From NCBI GenBank assembly GCA_040755995.1, contig JBFMAF010000049.1, positions 1 to 64,000 of the forward strand: a DNA stretch of 64,000 nt, written 5' to 3'. Both the position numbers and the translations under genes were made by a program. The stretch is from Acidobacteriota bacterium. GTDB taxonomy: Bacteria; Acidobacteriota; CAIWXX01. The notes under the pieces are model-generated. The model saw nothing but the letters and a program-made list of their open reading frames with translations. It was not told the origin of the DNA and did no database searches. Shown here piece after piece: positions 21,432 through 30,645 of this stretch (positions within the stretch are counted from its first letter, which is position 1; the number at the start of each line of letters is the position of its first letter).

Positions 21432-22649
21432 GTGAGTGGAACGCAGAGACGTCGAGAGATTAACGCAGCTCACCGGGCAGAAGAGATCTACGGGCTGATC
21501 AAGACCGAAATCCTGCCGCATGTCGACGAGCTCGCGAAGTGCGCGTCGACACGCGAGTTGCTCGCTCACCCGCGCTACCGCGAACGCGAGCGTATGATCC
21601 AGACCGTTCTGAACACGCCGGAGGCGGGCGGCTTCGCGCCGGGCGCGGCGATCGAGAAGCCCGCGTACCGAGTGGTGGCCTATAACGTCGAGCGAGGCAT
21701 ACAGCTCGACGGCCTGATCGAGGCATTCCAGTCACACTGGTATCTCAGGGGGTGCGACGTCGCCCTGCTCACAGAAACCGATGTCGGCATGGCGCGATCG
21801 GGCAACCGGGCTGTGGCGCAGGAGCTCGCGCGGGAGCTCGGCATGCACTTCGTATTCGTCCCGTGCTACATCAACCTGGCCAAAGGCTCGGGGATCGAGT
21901 ACGAGACTGCAGGAGAGAACGAGCTCGGTTTGCACGGGAACGCGATACTGAGCCGCTATCCGATCTCGCGGGCCTCCGCCGTTCACCTCAAGAACGGCAA
22001 GGACAAGATGACCGGCAGGGAGAAGCGGCTGGGGACGCAGACGGCGGTAATCGCCGACATCGAGCTCCCGAATTGTCCCATCACCGCCGCCTCCGTGCAC
22101 CTCGATGCGAACTCCAGCCAACGACACCGCCATGACCAGATGCACGACGTGCTGCAGAATCTCGACACCGATCGCCCCGTCGTCATAGGCGGCGACTGGA
22201 ACACTACTACCTACAATTCGTCCCACGTGTTCCATGCGATCCTCGGATTCTGGCGCCGCGTATGCATGGGTATCGACTACGCAATCAACAGTCACTACCT
22301 CCATCCGGAGAGCTACTTCGAGCGCGACCTGTTCAAGTTGCTCGAATCCAGAGGCTTCGACTACCGCAGATGCAATCAGGATGCCGAGTACACCGCCACC
22401 TATGTGCCGCTCGAAACCAAGACGCGGAAGAACCTCGGCGAGTGGGTGCCCAGCTGGTGCTTCCCGTTCATCCGTTGGTCGCTCCGCAACCACGGCGGCC
22501 GCTGCCCGTTCAAGCTGGACTGGTTTGCCACGCGAGGGGTGACATGCGAGAACCCGGTCGTGATCCACGATTTGCGCGAGGGCAGGAGCGAGCCGCTCTC
22601 GGACCACGACGCCATCGGCGTCGAGGTGCTCGCGCCGCGCGATCAGTAG
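21432..22649 (+). CDS. endonuclease/exonuclease/phosphatase (EEP) family protein
   Basis: YNVERG, LTETD, GNAILSRYPI, VHL, GGDWN, KLDW, SDH. Confidence 0.9.
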   Translation: MSGTQRRREINAAHRAEEIYGLIKTEILPHVDELAKCASTRELLAHPRYRERERMIQTVLNTPEAGGFAPGAAIEKPAYRVVAYNVERGIQLDGLIEAFQSHWYLRGCDVALLTETDVGMARSGNRAVAQELARELGMHFVFVPCYINLAKGSGIEYETAGENELGLHGNAILSRYPISRASAVHLKNGKDKMTGREKRLGTQTAVIADIELPNCPITAASVHLDANSSQRHRHDQMHDVLQNLDTDRPVVIGGDWNTTTYNSSHVFHAILGFWRRVCMGIDYAINSHYLHPESYFERDLFKLLESRGFDYRRCNQDAEYTATYVPLETKTRKNLGEWVPSWCFPFIRWSLRNHGGRCPFKLDWFATRGVTCENPVVIHDLREGRSEPLSDHDAIGVEVLAPRDQ

Positions 22650-22673
22650 GGGCACGGCGCGCTGTGCCCATAC
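22646..22673. repeat. REP-like GTAG palindrome
   Basis: GTAGGGGCACGGCGCGCTGTGCCCATAC, overlapping a stop codon. Confidence 0.7.
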
Positions 22674-22746
22674 CGGCCGGCGGCACGGCAGCACGGCAGC
22701 AGCAGCATGGCGCAAGTAGCGTGGAGCGCCCTTTTCGGGTAGGATC

Positions 22747-24387
22747 ATGACGGAGTGGGTCGTGAGCCCTCGTCAATTCCCGCCGGGCGTTCCTGAGAAG
22801 CGGCGCTCGCCGCGTCCGATCGCCGCGGTGCCACACCGGCCTGTCTGTCGTGATCCGTTGCAGCAGGTCAGGAAGTGGCCCTTACTCGGTCCCGCGACGG
22901 TCATCCTGATTTTGGGCGCAGCCGGCGCGTGTTCTCGCAATCTCCCGGCGCCACGTGGCACCTTGACCGTCGCGATGCGCGACACGGTCATGACGGTCCA
23001 GCCGAACGTGAAGGACGAGCTGTACACGGAATCGGTTGTGAGAAGCGTCTTCGAGCCGCTTGTGGCGACGGATCCCGATCTGAGGTTGATCCCGCTTCTG
23101 GCCGAAACGTGGGAGAATCCGACCGAGCTTGTATGGCGATTCCACCTCCGGCGGGGCGTTCTCTTTCACGATCGCACGGAGATGGTTGCGGATGATGCGC
23201 GGCGTTCGATCGAGGCCACGCGTGCGGATTCCGGGTCGGACTTCCAGAGGCACCTGGCGCACGTCACCGGCGTGTCGGTACCGGATCGATACACCGTGGA
23301 GGTGACGACGGACGTACCCCACAATCTCCCTGCCAGCATGTCATTTCTGCGGATCTTCCGCGACGGTCCCGGAGGAGCTCGGCTGGGAACGGGACCATAC
23401 AAGATCAGGGAATGGAAGAAGGGGCAGACGATGCGCCTCACCGCTTTCGACCCCTACTGGCGTGGGTCGCCTGCGTATTCGGAAGTCTCGATCCTGTTTT
23501 CAGGGAACGCCGACGCGAGAGCGGACTGGTTGATGTCCGGCCAGGTGCAGCTCGCCATGGAACTGCCCCGCCGCAGGCTCATCCGGGTCCTGGACTCCCC
23601 CGAGCTGGACGTCATTGTGCGGCCAGGCATCTCGTTGACCTACCTCGGCTTCGACGTTGGCAGAGCCGAGTCGACGGGTGTGGCCGGGAAGAACCCGTTC
23701 CAGGACAGGAGGGTCCGGCAGGCAGTGGCGATGTGCATCGACCGGACGGCCATCGTCGACGGGCCGCTCCTCGGCTTCGCGACCGAGGCCTGGCAGATCT
23801 TCCCTCCTGACGTCTTCGGCTACACCCCAGGTCTCCGCATGCCCCGGCGGGATCTCGCAGCGGCACGAGAGCTCCTGGCCGCCGCAGGCTACCCCCGAGG
23901 CTTCCGCGTGCGGTTGGACACGGGAGAGGCTCGTCTGGCCGTGGCCGAAACCCTCCGTCTGCAGCTCTCCGATGTGGGCATCCAGGCCGACGTGAGCGCA
24001 ATGGCGGGAGACAGCTTCTTCGACAGGCTGTACAAAGGCGAATCGACCCTCTACCTGACCGGGTGGACCTGTGAAGCTGCCGACGGCCAGGAGATGCTCG
24101 ATGCATGTTTCCACACCCCATCGGCTCCCGGACAGTCCTGGATCGCCAATGTGGGCCACTACCGCAATCCGGAGCTGACCACGGTCCTGCGAGCTCTATC
24201 CGAAACAACCGAGCAGCGCGCACGGCTGCAGCTCCTCGGAAGCGCGTCCGCGATCATCATGAGCGATGTGGCATGGGTGCCCCTGGTGATCGAGAACGAG
24301 AACTACGGAGTCTCAAAGCGTCTCGAATTCAACCCGCGCGCCGACGGCAAGCTCGACCTCTATTCAATCCGCCCTCGAACCCCGTAG
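22747..24387 (+). CDS. ABC transporter substrate-binding protein, family 5 (peptide/nickel)
   Basis: Lipobox-like AGAC, PLLAETWE, FHLRRGVLFHD, GTGPY, DRRVRQA; true start may lie downstream. Confidence 0.88.
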   Translation: MTEWVVSPRQFPPGVPEKRRSPRPIAAVPHRPVCRDPLQQVRKWPLLGPATVILILGAAGACSRNLPAPRGTLTVAMRDTVMTVQPNVKDELYTESVVRSVFEPLVATDPDLRLIPLLAETWENPTELVWRFHLRRGVLFHDRTEMVADDARRSIEATRADSGSDFQRHLAHVTGVSVPDRYTVEVTTDVPHNLPASMSFLRIFRDGPGGARLGTGPYKIREWKKGQTMRLTAFDPYWRGSPAYSEVSILFSGNADARADWLMSGQVQLAMELPRRRLIRVLDSPELDVIVRPGISLTYLGFDVGRAESTGVAGKNPFQDRRVRQAVAMCIDRTAIVDGPLLGFATEAWQIFPPDVFGYTPGLRMPRRDLAAARELLAAAGYPRGFRVRLDTGEARLAVAETLRLQLSDVGIQADVSAMAGDSFFDRLYKGESTLYLTGWTCEAADGQEMLDACFHTPSAPGQSWIANVGHYRNPELTTVLRALSETTEQRARLQLLGSASAIIMSDVAWVPLVIENENYGVSKRLEFNPRADGKLDLYSIRPRTP

Positions 24388-24411
24388 GGGCACGGCGCGC
24401 CGTGCCCCTAC
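24384..24411. repeat. REP-like GTAG palindrome (perfect)
   Basis: GTAGGGGCACGGCGCGCCGTGCCCCTAC. Confidence 0.75.
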
Positions 24412-24473
24412 ATCCATCCGGGGCCTACGCGCGTTATGTGCAGCAATGAAAGGAAGGTCTTGAGGAGGAGCAG

Positions 24474-25607
24474 ATGGACGCAAAGATGATCGGAATCGGA
24501 CTGATGGCACTCGGTGCGCTCGCACCGTCGACTGGTAGCCCGGTCGCTGTTCCCACGGAACAGAAACCGCGGATCCAGATCGCTATCCTGCTCGACACGA
24601 GCAACAGCATGGATGGGTTGATCGACCAGGCCAAGACCCAGCTCTGGCGCATGGTCAACGAGTTCGCCACGGCCAAGCGGAATGGGGCGAGGCCGGAGCT
24701 CCAGGTGGCCGTCTACGAGTACGGGAACGATACAATACCGGCCGGCGAGGGGCACATCCGAAATGTCCTGCCGCTCACCACGGACCTGGACAAGGTCTCC
24801 GAGGAGCTCTTCGCACTGAGGACGAACGGCGGACAGGAGTACTGCGGTCAAGTCATCGAGGTCGCAGCAGAGGGGCTGAAGTGGAGTCCGGCGAACGCCG
24901 ACTACAAGGCGATCATCATCGCCGGGAACGAGCCGTTCACGCAGGGAGGCGTCGACTACCAGAAGTCCTGTCGGGCCGCAATCGCCAGGGGCATCATCGT
25001 CAACACGATCTTCTGCGGGCCCTCCGACGAAGGTGTCAGCACGAAATGGAAGGACGGCGCGGACCTGGCCGACGGCCGATACATGAATATCGACCAGAAC
25101 GCCGTTGTCGCGGATGTTGCGGCCCCGCAGGACAAGCGGATCGCCGAGCTGGGTGTGGCGCTGAACCAGACCTACGTCGCGTACGGCGCCAAGGGCGCCG
25201 AGAGCAAGGCGAGACAGGAGGCGCAGGACAAGAATGCTGCCGCGGCGGCTCCCGCCAGCTTCACCCAGCGGCAGGTGGCCAAGGCGTCGGTGGCCTACGA
25301 GAACTCGTCCTGGGACCTGGTCGATGCGGAGAAGAAGGGCACGGTGAAGATCGAAGAGATCGACAAGGGCCAGCTGCCCGAGGAGATGCGCTCGATGACG
25401 GCGGAACAGAAGAAGGCGTACGTCGAGGCCAAGGCGAAGGAGCGCGAGCGGCTCCAGAGCGAGATCAACAGGCTGAACGAGGAGCGTAAGAAATACGTGG
25501 CGGATGAGATGAAGAAGAAGGCGGCGAGCGGCGCGAATACCCTGGATTCGGCGGTTGTTCAGACGGTGCGCGACCAGGCGGTTAAGAAGGGATTCAGGTT
25601 TGAATGA
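24474..25607 (+). CDS. secreted von Willebrand factor A domain protein with a coiled-coil tail
   Basis: Signal peptide, LLDTSNSM MIDAS motif, charged helical C-terminus; strong RBS. Confidence 0.88.
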   Translation: MDAKMIGIGLMALGALAPSTGSPVAVPTEQKPRIQIAILLDTSNSMDGLIDQAKTQLWRMVNEFATAKRNGARPELQVAVYEYGNDTIPAGEGHIRNVLPLTTDLDKVSEELFALRTNGGQEYCGQVIEVAAEGLKWSPANADYKAIIIAGNEPFTQGGVDYQKSCRAAIARGIIVNTIFCGPSDEGVSTKWKDGADLADGRYMNIDQNAVVADVAAPQDKRIAELGVALNQTYVAYGAKGAESKARQEAQDKNAAAAAPASFTQRQVAKASVAYENSSWDLVDAEKKGTVKIEEIDKGQLPEEMRSMTAEQKKAYVEAKAKERERLQSEINRLNEERKKYVADEMKKKAASGANTLDSAVVQTVRDQAVKKGFRFE

Positions 25608-25615
25608 GGGATGGC

Positions 25616-25654
25616 GCAGGGGCGGGTCTCAGACCCGCCCGCACACGCCCCTAC
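25616..25654. repeat. REP-like palindrome (degenerate)
   Basis: GCAGGGGCGGGTCTCAGACCCGCCC...GCCCCTAC. Confidence 0.55.
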
Positions 25655-25682
25655 GCACGGCCGCCGCACACACGCGAGGAGA

Positions 25683-27947
25683 ATGACGATGCGGATTGAT
25701 CAGAGACGCACGAATTGGCCGGCAGCATGCGCGCAGGCGATTTGGGTGCTGGCATCCCTGGCTATCGCCCCGCCGGCGCGGGCAGACGGGATGATCGTAA
25801 TCCCCGAGCCACGTCCCACTGCGGATCGAGTCATGAGCCCATTTCCACTGGAAGTGCGGTACCACCGCGTGAGCGTGGAGATCGACGGGCAGGTGGCCCG
25901 GACGCAGGTGGACCAGGAATTCTACAATCCGACTGGCCAGCGGCTGGAAGGCATGTACGTGTTTCCTCTGCCGGCGGGGGCGACCTTCAACAACTTCTCG
26001 ATGAACATCGACGGCAAGATGGTTTCGGCCGAGCTGCTCGACGCCTCCAAGGCGCGCGCGATCTACCTCGACATCGTCCGCCGGATGCGCGACCCGGCAC
26101 TTCTGGAGTACGCTGGCAACGGGGCGTTCAAGGTGCGCATATTCCCGATCGAGCCGCGCGCCGGCAAGCGTGTCATGCTTTCGTATACGGAGCTCATTCG
26201 GAGCGACGATGGGATGAATGCCTACACTTATCCGTTGAACACGGAGAAGTTCTCTTCGAAGCCGCTGGAGCATCTGAGCGTCACGGTGAGCATTCGCTCC
26301 AAGGAGAAGATCAAGACCGTCTTCAGCCCGACGCACGAGATCGTCACGAAGAGGCAGAGCGATCTGGCGGCGACCGCCTCGTTCGAGGGGCACAACGTCA
26401 AGCCCGACACGGATTTCACGCTCTACTACGACAGTGACGAAGATCCCATCGGCCTGAGCGTGGTAGCGCACCGCGAGGCCGGTGAAGAGGGGTACTTTCT
26501 ACTGACCGCCGCGCCGGACTTTGTGCCCGCGGCCGGCCAGATTCTTCCGAAAGACATCACGTTCGTGGTCGACACCAGCGGAAGTATGGCAGGGGCGAAG
26601 ATGGAGCAAGCGAGAAGAGCGTTGGTCTTCTGCCTGGAGAACCTCAACTCGGATGATCGGTTCGACCTGATCCGATTCTCGACGGAGGCGGAAGCGCTCT
26701 TCGGGAAGCTGCAGGTGGCCTCGACGCAGAACGTCGGCAGCGCCAAGGCATTCGCCCAGAGGCTGCAGCCGATCGGCGGCACCAACATCGACGAGGCGTT
26801 GAACCTGGCTTTGGGCGAGAACTCGGCGAAAGACGAGCGGCCGCGATTCGTCGTGTTCATCACCGACGGAAAACCGACAATCGGCGAGACGGCCGAAGAG
26901 GCGCTCGTGGCCAAGGTCGAGCGCGCCAACACATCCGGCACGCGCATCTTCACCTTCGGCATTGGCGATGATCTGAACACGCACCTGTTGGACCGGATCA
27001 CCGAGGCGACTCGCGCGTATCGCAGCTACGTCGGAGCGAATGAGGATCTGGAGCTGAAGATCTCAAGCTTCTATCAGAAGATCAAGTCTCCGGTGCTCGT
27101 GGACCTGAGCGTGGATTACGGTGCCGCAATCAAGGTCTACCAGGCGTACCCGCGCAGCCTTCCTGATCTCTTCTACGGCGCGCAGCTGCTTGTATTCGGG
27201 CGGTATCGCGGCAGCGGCCGGACGATCGTTCGGCTGCAGGGAAAGGTGCAGGGGCGGACGCGCGTGTTCGAGCGCGAGGTGATGTTCCCCGAGCGGAGCA
27301 CGGCCGGGTCTTTCATCCCGCCTCTCTGGGCCACGCAGCGCATCGGATATCTCCTCGACCAGATCCGCCTGCACGGGGAATCGAAGGAGCTGACCGATGA
27401 GGTGACGCAGCTTGCCCGACAGTACGGCATCATCACGCCGTACACGAGCTACCTGATCCTCGAAGACGAGTCCGCGAGGGTCACCGCGCACGAGATCACA
27501 TCTGATCAGCTTACCCTGGGCGGCGGCGCCGCGGCAGCGCCAGCCGTGGCGGAGAGGGCAGGCGAGGAGTACAAGGCGATGCGCCAGAAGAGCGGCGCTT
27601 CGAGCGTGACGGCCAGCAAGGAGGTCGAGGCGCTCAAGAACGCTCAGAATTTCGCGCAGATATACCAGGGCCAGGCCCGCCTCGACTACACCGACAACGC
27701 CGGGAGAAAGCAGAACCTCGCGGCTCAGGCAAAGAACATCCAGGGCCGGGCGGTCTACCAGGCCGGCAACGTCTGGGTGGATTCCAGAATCCAGACCGTG
27801 AGGAACCAGCAGGCGAAGCGGATCCAGTTCGGCAGCGCAGGTTACTACGCGCTGATCGAAAAAGAGCCGCTCAGCGCGCAGTTCCTGGCTCTGGGCAGGA
27901 ACGTGCGATTCGAGCTGAAGGGCGAAGTGTACGAGATATTCGAGTAA
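25683..27947 (+). CDS. secreted VIT + VWA domain protein (inter-alpha-trypsin inhibitor heavy chain-like)
   Basis: VIT (QEFYNP..LEG.YVFPLP), VVDTSGSM, GGTNI, ITDG, PDLF.G, ITPYTSYLILE. Confidence 0.9.
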   Translation: MTMRIDQRRTNWPAACAQAIWVLASLAIAPPARADGMIVIPEPRPTADRVMSPFPLEVRYHRVSVEIDGQVARTQVDQEFYNPTGQRLEGMYVFPLPAGATFNNFSMNIDGKMVSAELLDASKARAIYLDIVRRMRDPALLEYAGNGAFKVRIFPIEPRAGKRVMLSYTELIRSDDGMNAYTYPLNTEKFSSKPLEHLSVTVSIRSKEKIKTVFSPTHEIVTKRQSDLAATASFEGHNVKPDTDFTLYYDSDEDPIGLSVVAHREAGEEGYFLLTAAPDFVPAAGQILPKDITFVVDTSGSMAGAKMEQARRALVFCLENLNSDDRFDLIRFSTEAEALFGKLQVASTQNVGSAKAFAQRLQPIGGTNIDEALNLALGENSAKDERPRFVVFITDGKPTIGETAEEALVAKVERANTSGTRIFTFGIGDDLNTHLLDRITEATRAYRSYVGANEDLELKISSFYQKIKSPVLVDLSVDYGAAIKVYQAYPRSLPDLFYGAQLLVFGRYRGSGRTIVRLQGKVQGRTRVFEREVMFPERSTAGSFIPPLWATQRIGYLLDQIRLHGESKELTDEVTQLARQYGIITPYTSYLILEDESARVTAHEITSDQLTLGGGAAAAPAVAERAGEEYKAMRQKSGASSVTASKEVEALKNAQNFAQIYQGQARLDYTDNAGRKQNLAAQAKNIQGRAVYQAGNVWVDSRIQTVRNQQAKRIQFGSAGYYALIEKEPLSAQFLALGRNVRFELKGEVYEIFE

Positions 27948-27969
27948 ACACCGTTGGATTATTGCAGAG

Positions 27970-28080
27970 ATACAGATCGTCACCGTCCTCCTTGCTCCCA
28001 GCAAGCCTTCGACAGAAACCTTCGGCTTGCGGGTGAAAGGGTTCAAGCATCTCCCAAAAGTGTTCTGTCGTTCTCTTCAT
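27970..28080 (-). pseudogene. N-terminal remnant of an ECF sigma factor
   Basis: FWEMLEPFHPQAEGFCRRLAGSKEDGDDLY resembles sigma region 2, then the similarity stops abruptly. Confidence 0.55.
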
Positions 28081-28138
28081 TCATTCCTAAGACACACGGG
28101 ATCAGTCAGAAGTGGACACGATTCCTGGAGAGAACTTC

Positions 28139-28342
28139 GTGGAAACACCCGTAGCAGATATTCTTGCTCAGCAGAGCCAGGAAATCGGGAGAGAGGCGTT
28201 TCTCCCGTTTGAGGAGAAGATCAGAATCTTGATTCGGATGCAAAGTAGAACTGCCGAGATGCGACCTGACTTGAATTGGACAGTCTGGTCGATACCGGAA
28301 TCGCAGTTTGCAGGCCCGCCTCGGGCTGAGAGTACTCCGTAG
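28139..28342 (+). CDS. small hypothetical protein (possibly degenerate)
   Basis: RBS GGAGAG; LPFEEKIRILIRMQ...VW.I helical motif. Confidence 0.5.
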   Translation: METPVADILAQQSQEIGREAFLPFEEKIRILIRMQSRTAEMRPDLNWTVWSIPESQFAGPPRAESTP

Positions 28343-28385
28343 CGATCAAGCCTGAATCTACACAACAGCAGAGTCAATCCTCCAG

Positions 28386-28414
28386 TTGACACGGTCGCCG
28401 CACTTTGTCAGCAT
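28386..28414 (+). promoter_or_regulatory. putative promoter/operator for the ATPase-helicase cluster
   Basis: TTGACA-N17-CAGCAT with a TG extension; TGACA-N14-TGTCA inverted repeat overlaps it. Confidence 0.4.
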
Positions 28415-28438
28415 GCCGTTGAGAGAAGAGGGTAGTAG

Positions 28439-29293
28439 ATGGGCGACGATGAGGTCAGTATCGCAGACGCGATCTCCATCCTTCGGAAGGACTTGAAGAA
28501 GCGGCTGGCGCCGCTCGCGCGAGCCGCCAAGGCTCTCGACGCGATCGCGGCGGAGGGGGCGCTGGATGACCTCGCCGTTCTCGGCAAGCACGAGGAGACC
28601 GTGCGCGATGTCGATCTTTCGGCGTTCGGCATGAATGATGCCAAGGCAGCCCTCGCGAGCCAGCTCGCCGCGCTCCACGATCGTCTCACGGCAGCGGCTC
28701 GGGCCGAGGTGCTCGGCGAGCTCATGCGGCAGGGGGCGGGCCTCGAGATCGCCCAGATCACCGAGCATCCTCTGACGGTGCTGATCTCGCCGATCGAGAC
28801 GGAGATCGATCTCTCCGGCGGCCGCGCCCGGATCTTGTACGCCCGCGAGGTAATAGATGACGATCTGAAGGTCGAGGCTCGCGCGATTCTCGAGGCAAGA
28901 GAGAAGGCGATGGCGCGCATCCGGGATCAGGCGGTTGACTCCCCGGTCTTCTTCGAGACGGCCCATCGCGCGTATCGCGCTGTGCTGCTCGCGCGCGGGT
29001 TCAGTCCGGGCGAGCGCGTGGACATCGTCGACCTGTTGGCTCCTCTCGCTCTCTTCAGGCAGGAGGTCGAACGCTGGCGCGGGACCGATCCGGTCAAGGC
29101 GTTCCCCAGATATCTCCTGGCCTACCAGCTCCACAGAATGCAGCGGGATGGACTGCTGGTGAAGGATGGGTTGCGCATGGAGTTGGGCACGGCCACTGGT
29201 GGAAGCACGCGGAACAAGCGCGACGTCATCTTCATACCGGCGTCCGCAACAGAGGGGCAGTACTATCTCTCCATCCGTTTCGTATCGATATGA
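28439..29293 (+). CDS. uncharacterised protein, first gene of the ATPase-helicase cluster
   Basis: 284-aa ORF; its stop overlaps the ATPase start (ATGA). Confidence 0.8.
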   Translation: MGDDEVSIADAISILRKDLKKRLAPLARAAKALDAIAAEGALDDLAVLGKHEETVRDVDLSAFGMNDAKAALASQLAALHDRLTAAARAEVLGELMRQGAGLEIAQITEHPLTVLISPIETEIDLSGGRARILYAREVIDDDLKVEARAILEAREKAMARIRDQAVDSPVFFETAHRAYRAVLLARGFSPGERVDIVDLLAPLALFRQEVERWRGTDPVKAFPRYLLAYQLHRMQRDGLLVKDGLRMELGTATGGSTRNKRDVIFIPASATEGQYYLSIRFVSI

Positions 29294-30642
29294 ACATGGG
29301 AGGGGCACGAGAGTTGGAGATGAACGAGAGTGTCGACCGGGCCGAGTCCGTGGCCCTCGCACAGCATATACTGCAGCGACTTGGCGAAGGCGGCCAGCCG
29401 CCGGAGTTCGGTGTGGGGCGGATCAACGTAGGAAACGAGAGCTATCTCAGCGTGCTCGAACGCGAGTACTTCGGGAATCTGCTGCGTTTCGGGTCGAGCT
29501 TCAAGCTCGTCCAGGGCTACTTCGGCGCCGGCAAGACGCATTTCCTGTACTGCGTCCGGGAGAGGGCATGGGAGCACGGGTTCTTGACGGCAGTTGTAGA
29601 GCTGTCTCCCGCCGAGTGCCCCTACGACGATAGCCTCAAGGTCTACCGGGCCGTCGCCCGGCGCATCGGCATGCGGGCCCCACGGCTGCTCCAGGCGCCC
29701 AACTACGGGATCGGCGACCTTGTGCGCAACCACGTGGACGACGCCGTCGCCCGGGCGTCGGGCTCTCAGGAAGCTGCCGGCCCTGAAGGGGCCGCGCGCA
29801 TGGTCGAGCAGTGGCTGTCTCGCACCGTAGGCCGCGCCCCTTGCGAGAGCCACTCGTTCCGGCAGGCGATAGTGGGGCTCGGTCTCGCCTACCTCAAAGG
29901 AGACCGGACGATCGAGCAGAGGCTGGATGCCTGGCTGCTGGGCGAGCCCATTCCGCCGGGCGAGCTTCGTGATACAGGGGTTTATGAGTCTCTCGACAAG
30001 AGCAACGGGTTCACGATGCTCCGATGTCTCACGCAGATGGCGGTGGGTCTGGGCTTCCCAGGCACAGTGCTCCTCTTCGACGAGGTCGACAGGAACCTCT
30101 CGGTCGGCGCCAAACGGAGCCAGGCCATAGGCGACAACCTGCGCCAGGTCATCGATCTCTGCGGCCGGCACCAGCTGCCCAACACCCTCTTCATGTATGC
30201 CGTGCCTCCGGAGTTCATGCGCAACATCGTGCCGGACTATCCGGCGCTCTACCAGCGGCTCAAGAGCCCGGTGGCATTGAGCGTGCGGAGCCCTCAGGCG
30301 GTGCTGATCGACCTCGAGCGGCTCGATCTCGAGCCCGCCGAGCTCCTCCGGCAGCTCGGCGGCAAAGTGGTGACGATCTTCGAGGAAGCGCGCGGAATCC
30401 GCCTGAACCACGACATCCAGGATCGCAACGCGCGAGTCCTTTCCGAGGCGGCTGTCGCGGCGCTCTTCGAGGTGAATCATCGCCGGCTTTTCGTGAAGTG
30501 CTGGGTCGACTTCTTGCATCGCCAGATGGCGGAAGGCGAGTTGAGTCTTTCGGGCGACGTCGCGTCGAGTCTCATCGTCGCGGGCAATCAGGCCCTCAAG
30601 GAGACGCCGGGCGGGGACAAAGGCGAGTTCCAGGATTTCTAG
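29290..30642 (+). CDS. BrxD/DUF2791-like P-loop ATPase 1
   Basis: FKLVQGYFGAGKTHF, WLLG, LGFPGTVLLFDEVD, NLRQVID, YPALYQRL. Confidence 0.85.
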   Translation: MNMGGARELEMNESVDRAESVALAQHILQRLGEGGQPPEFGVGRINVGNESYLSVLEREYFGNLLRFGSSFKLVQGYFGAGKTHFLYCVRERAWEHGFLTAVVELSPAECPYDDSLKVYRAVARRIGMRAPRLLQAPNYGIGDLVRNHVDDAVARASGSQEAAGPEGAARMVEQWLSRTVGRAPCESHSFRQAIVGLGLAYLKGDRTIEQRLDAWLLGEPIPPGELRDTGVYESLDKSNGFTMLRCLTQMAVGLGFPGTVLLFDEVDRNLSVGAKRSQAIGDNLRQVIDLCGRHQLPNTLFMYAVPPEFMRNIVPDYPALYQRLKSPVALSVRSPQAVLIDLERLDLEPAELLRQLGGKVVTIFEEARGIRLNHDIQDRNARVLSEAAVAALFEVNHRRLFVKCWVDFLHRQMAEGELSLSGDVASSLIVAGNQALKETPGGDKGEFQDF

Positions 30643-30645
30643 CCG

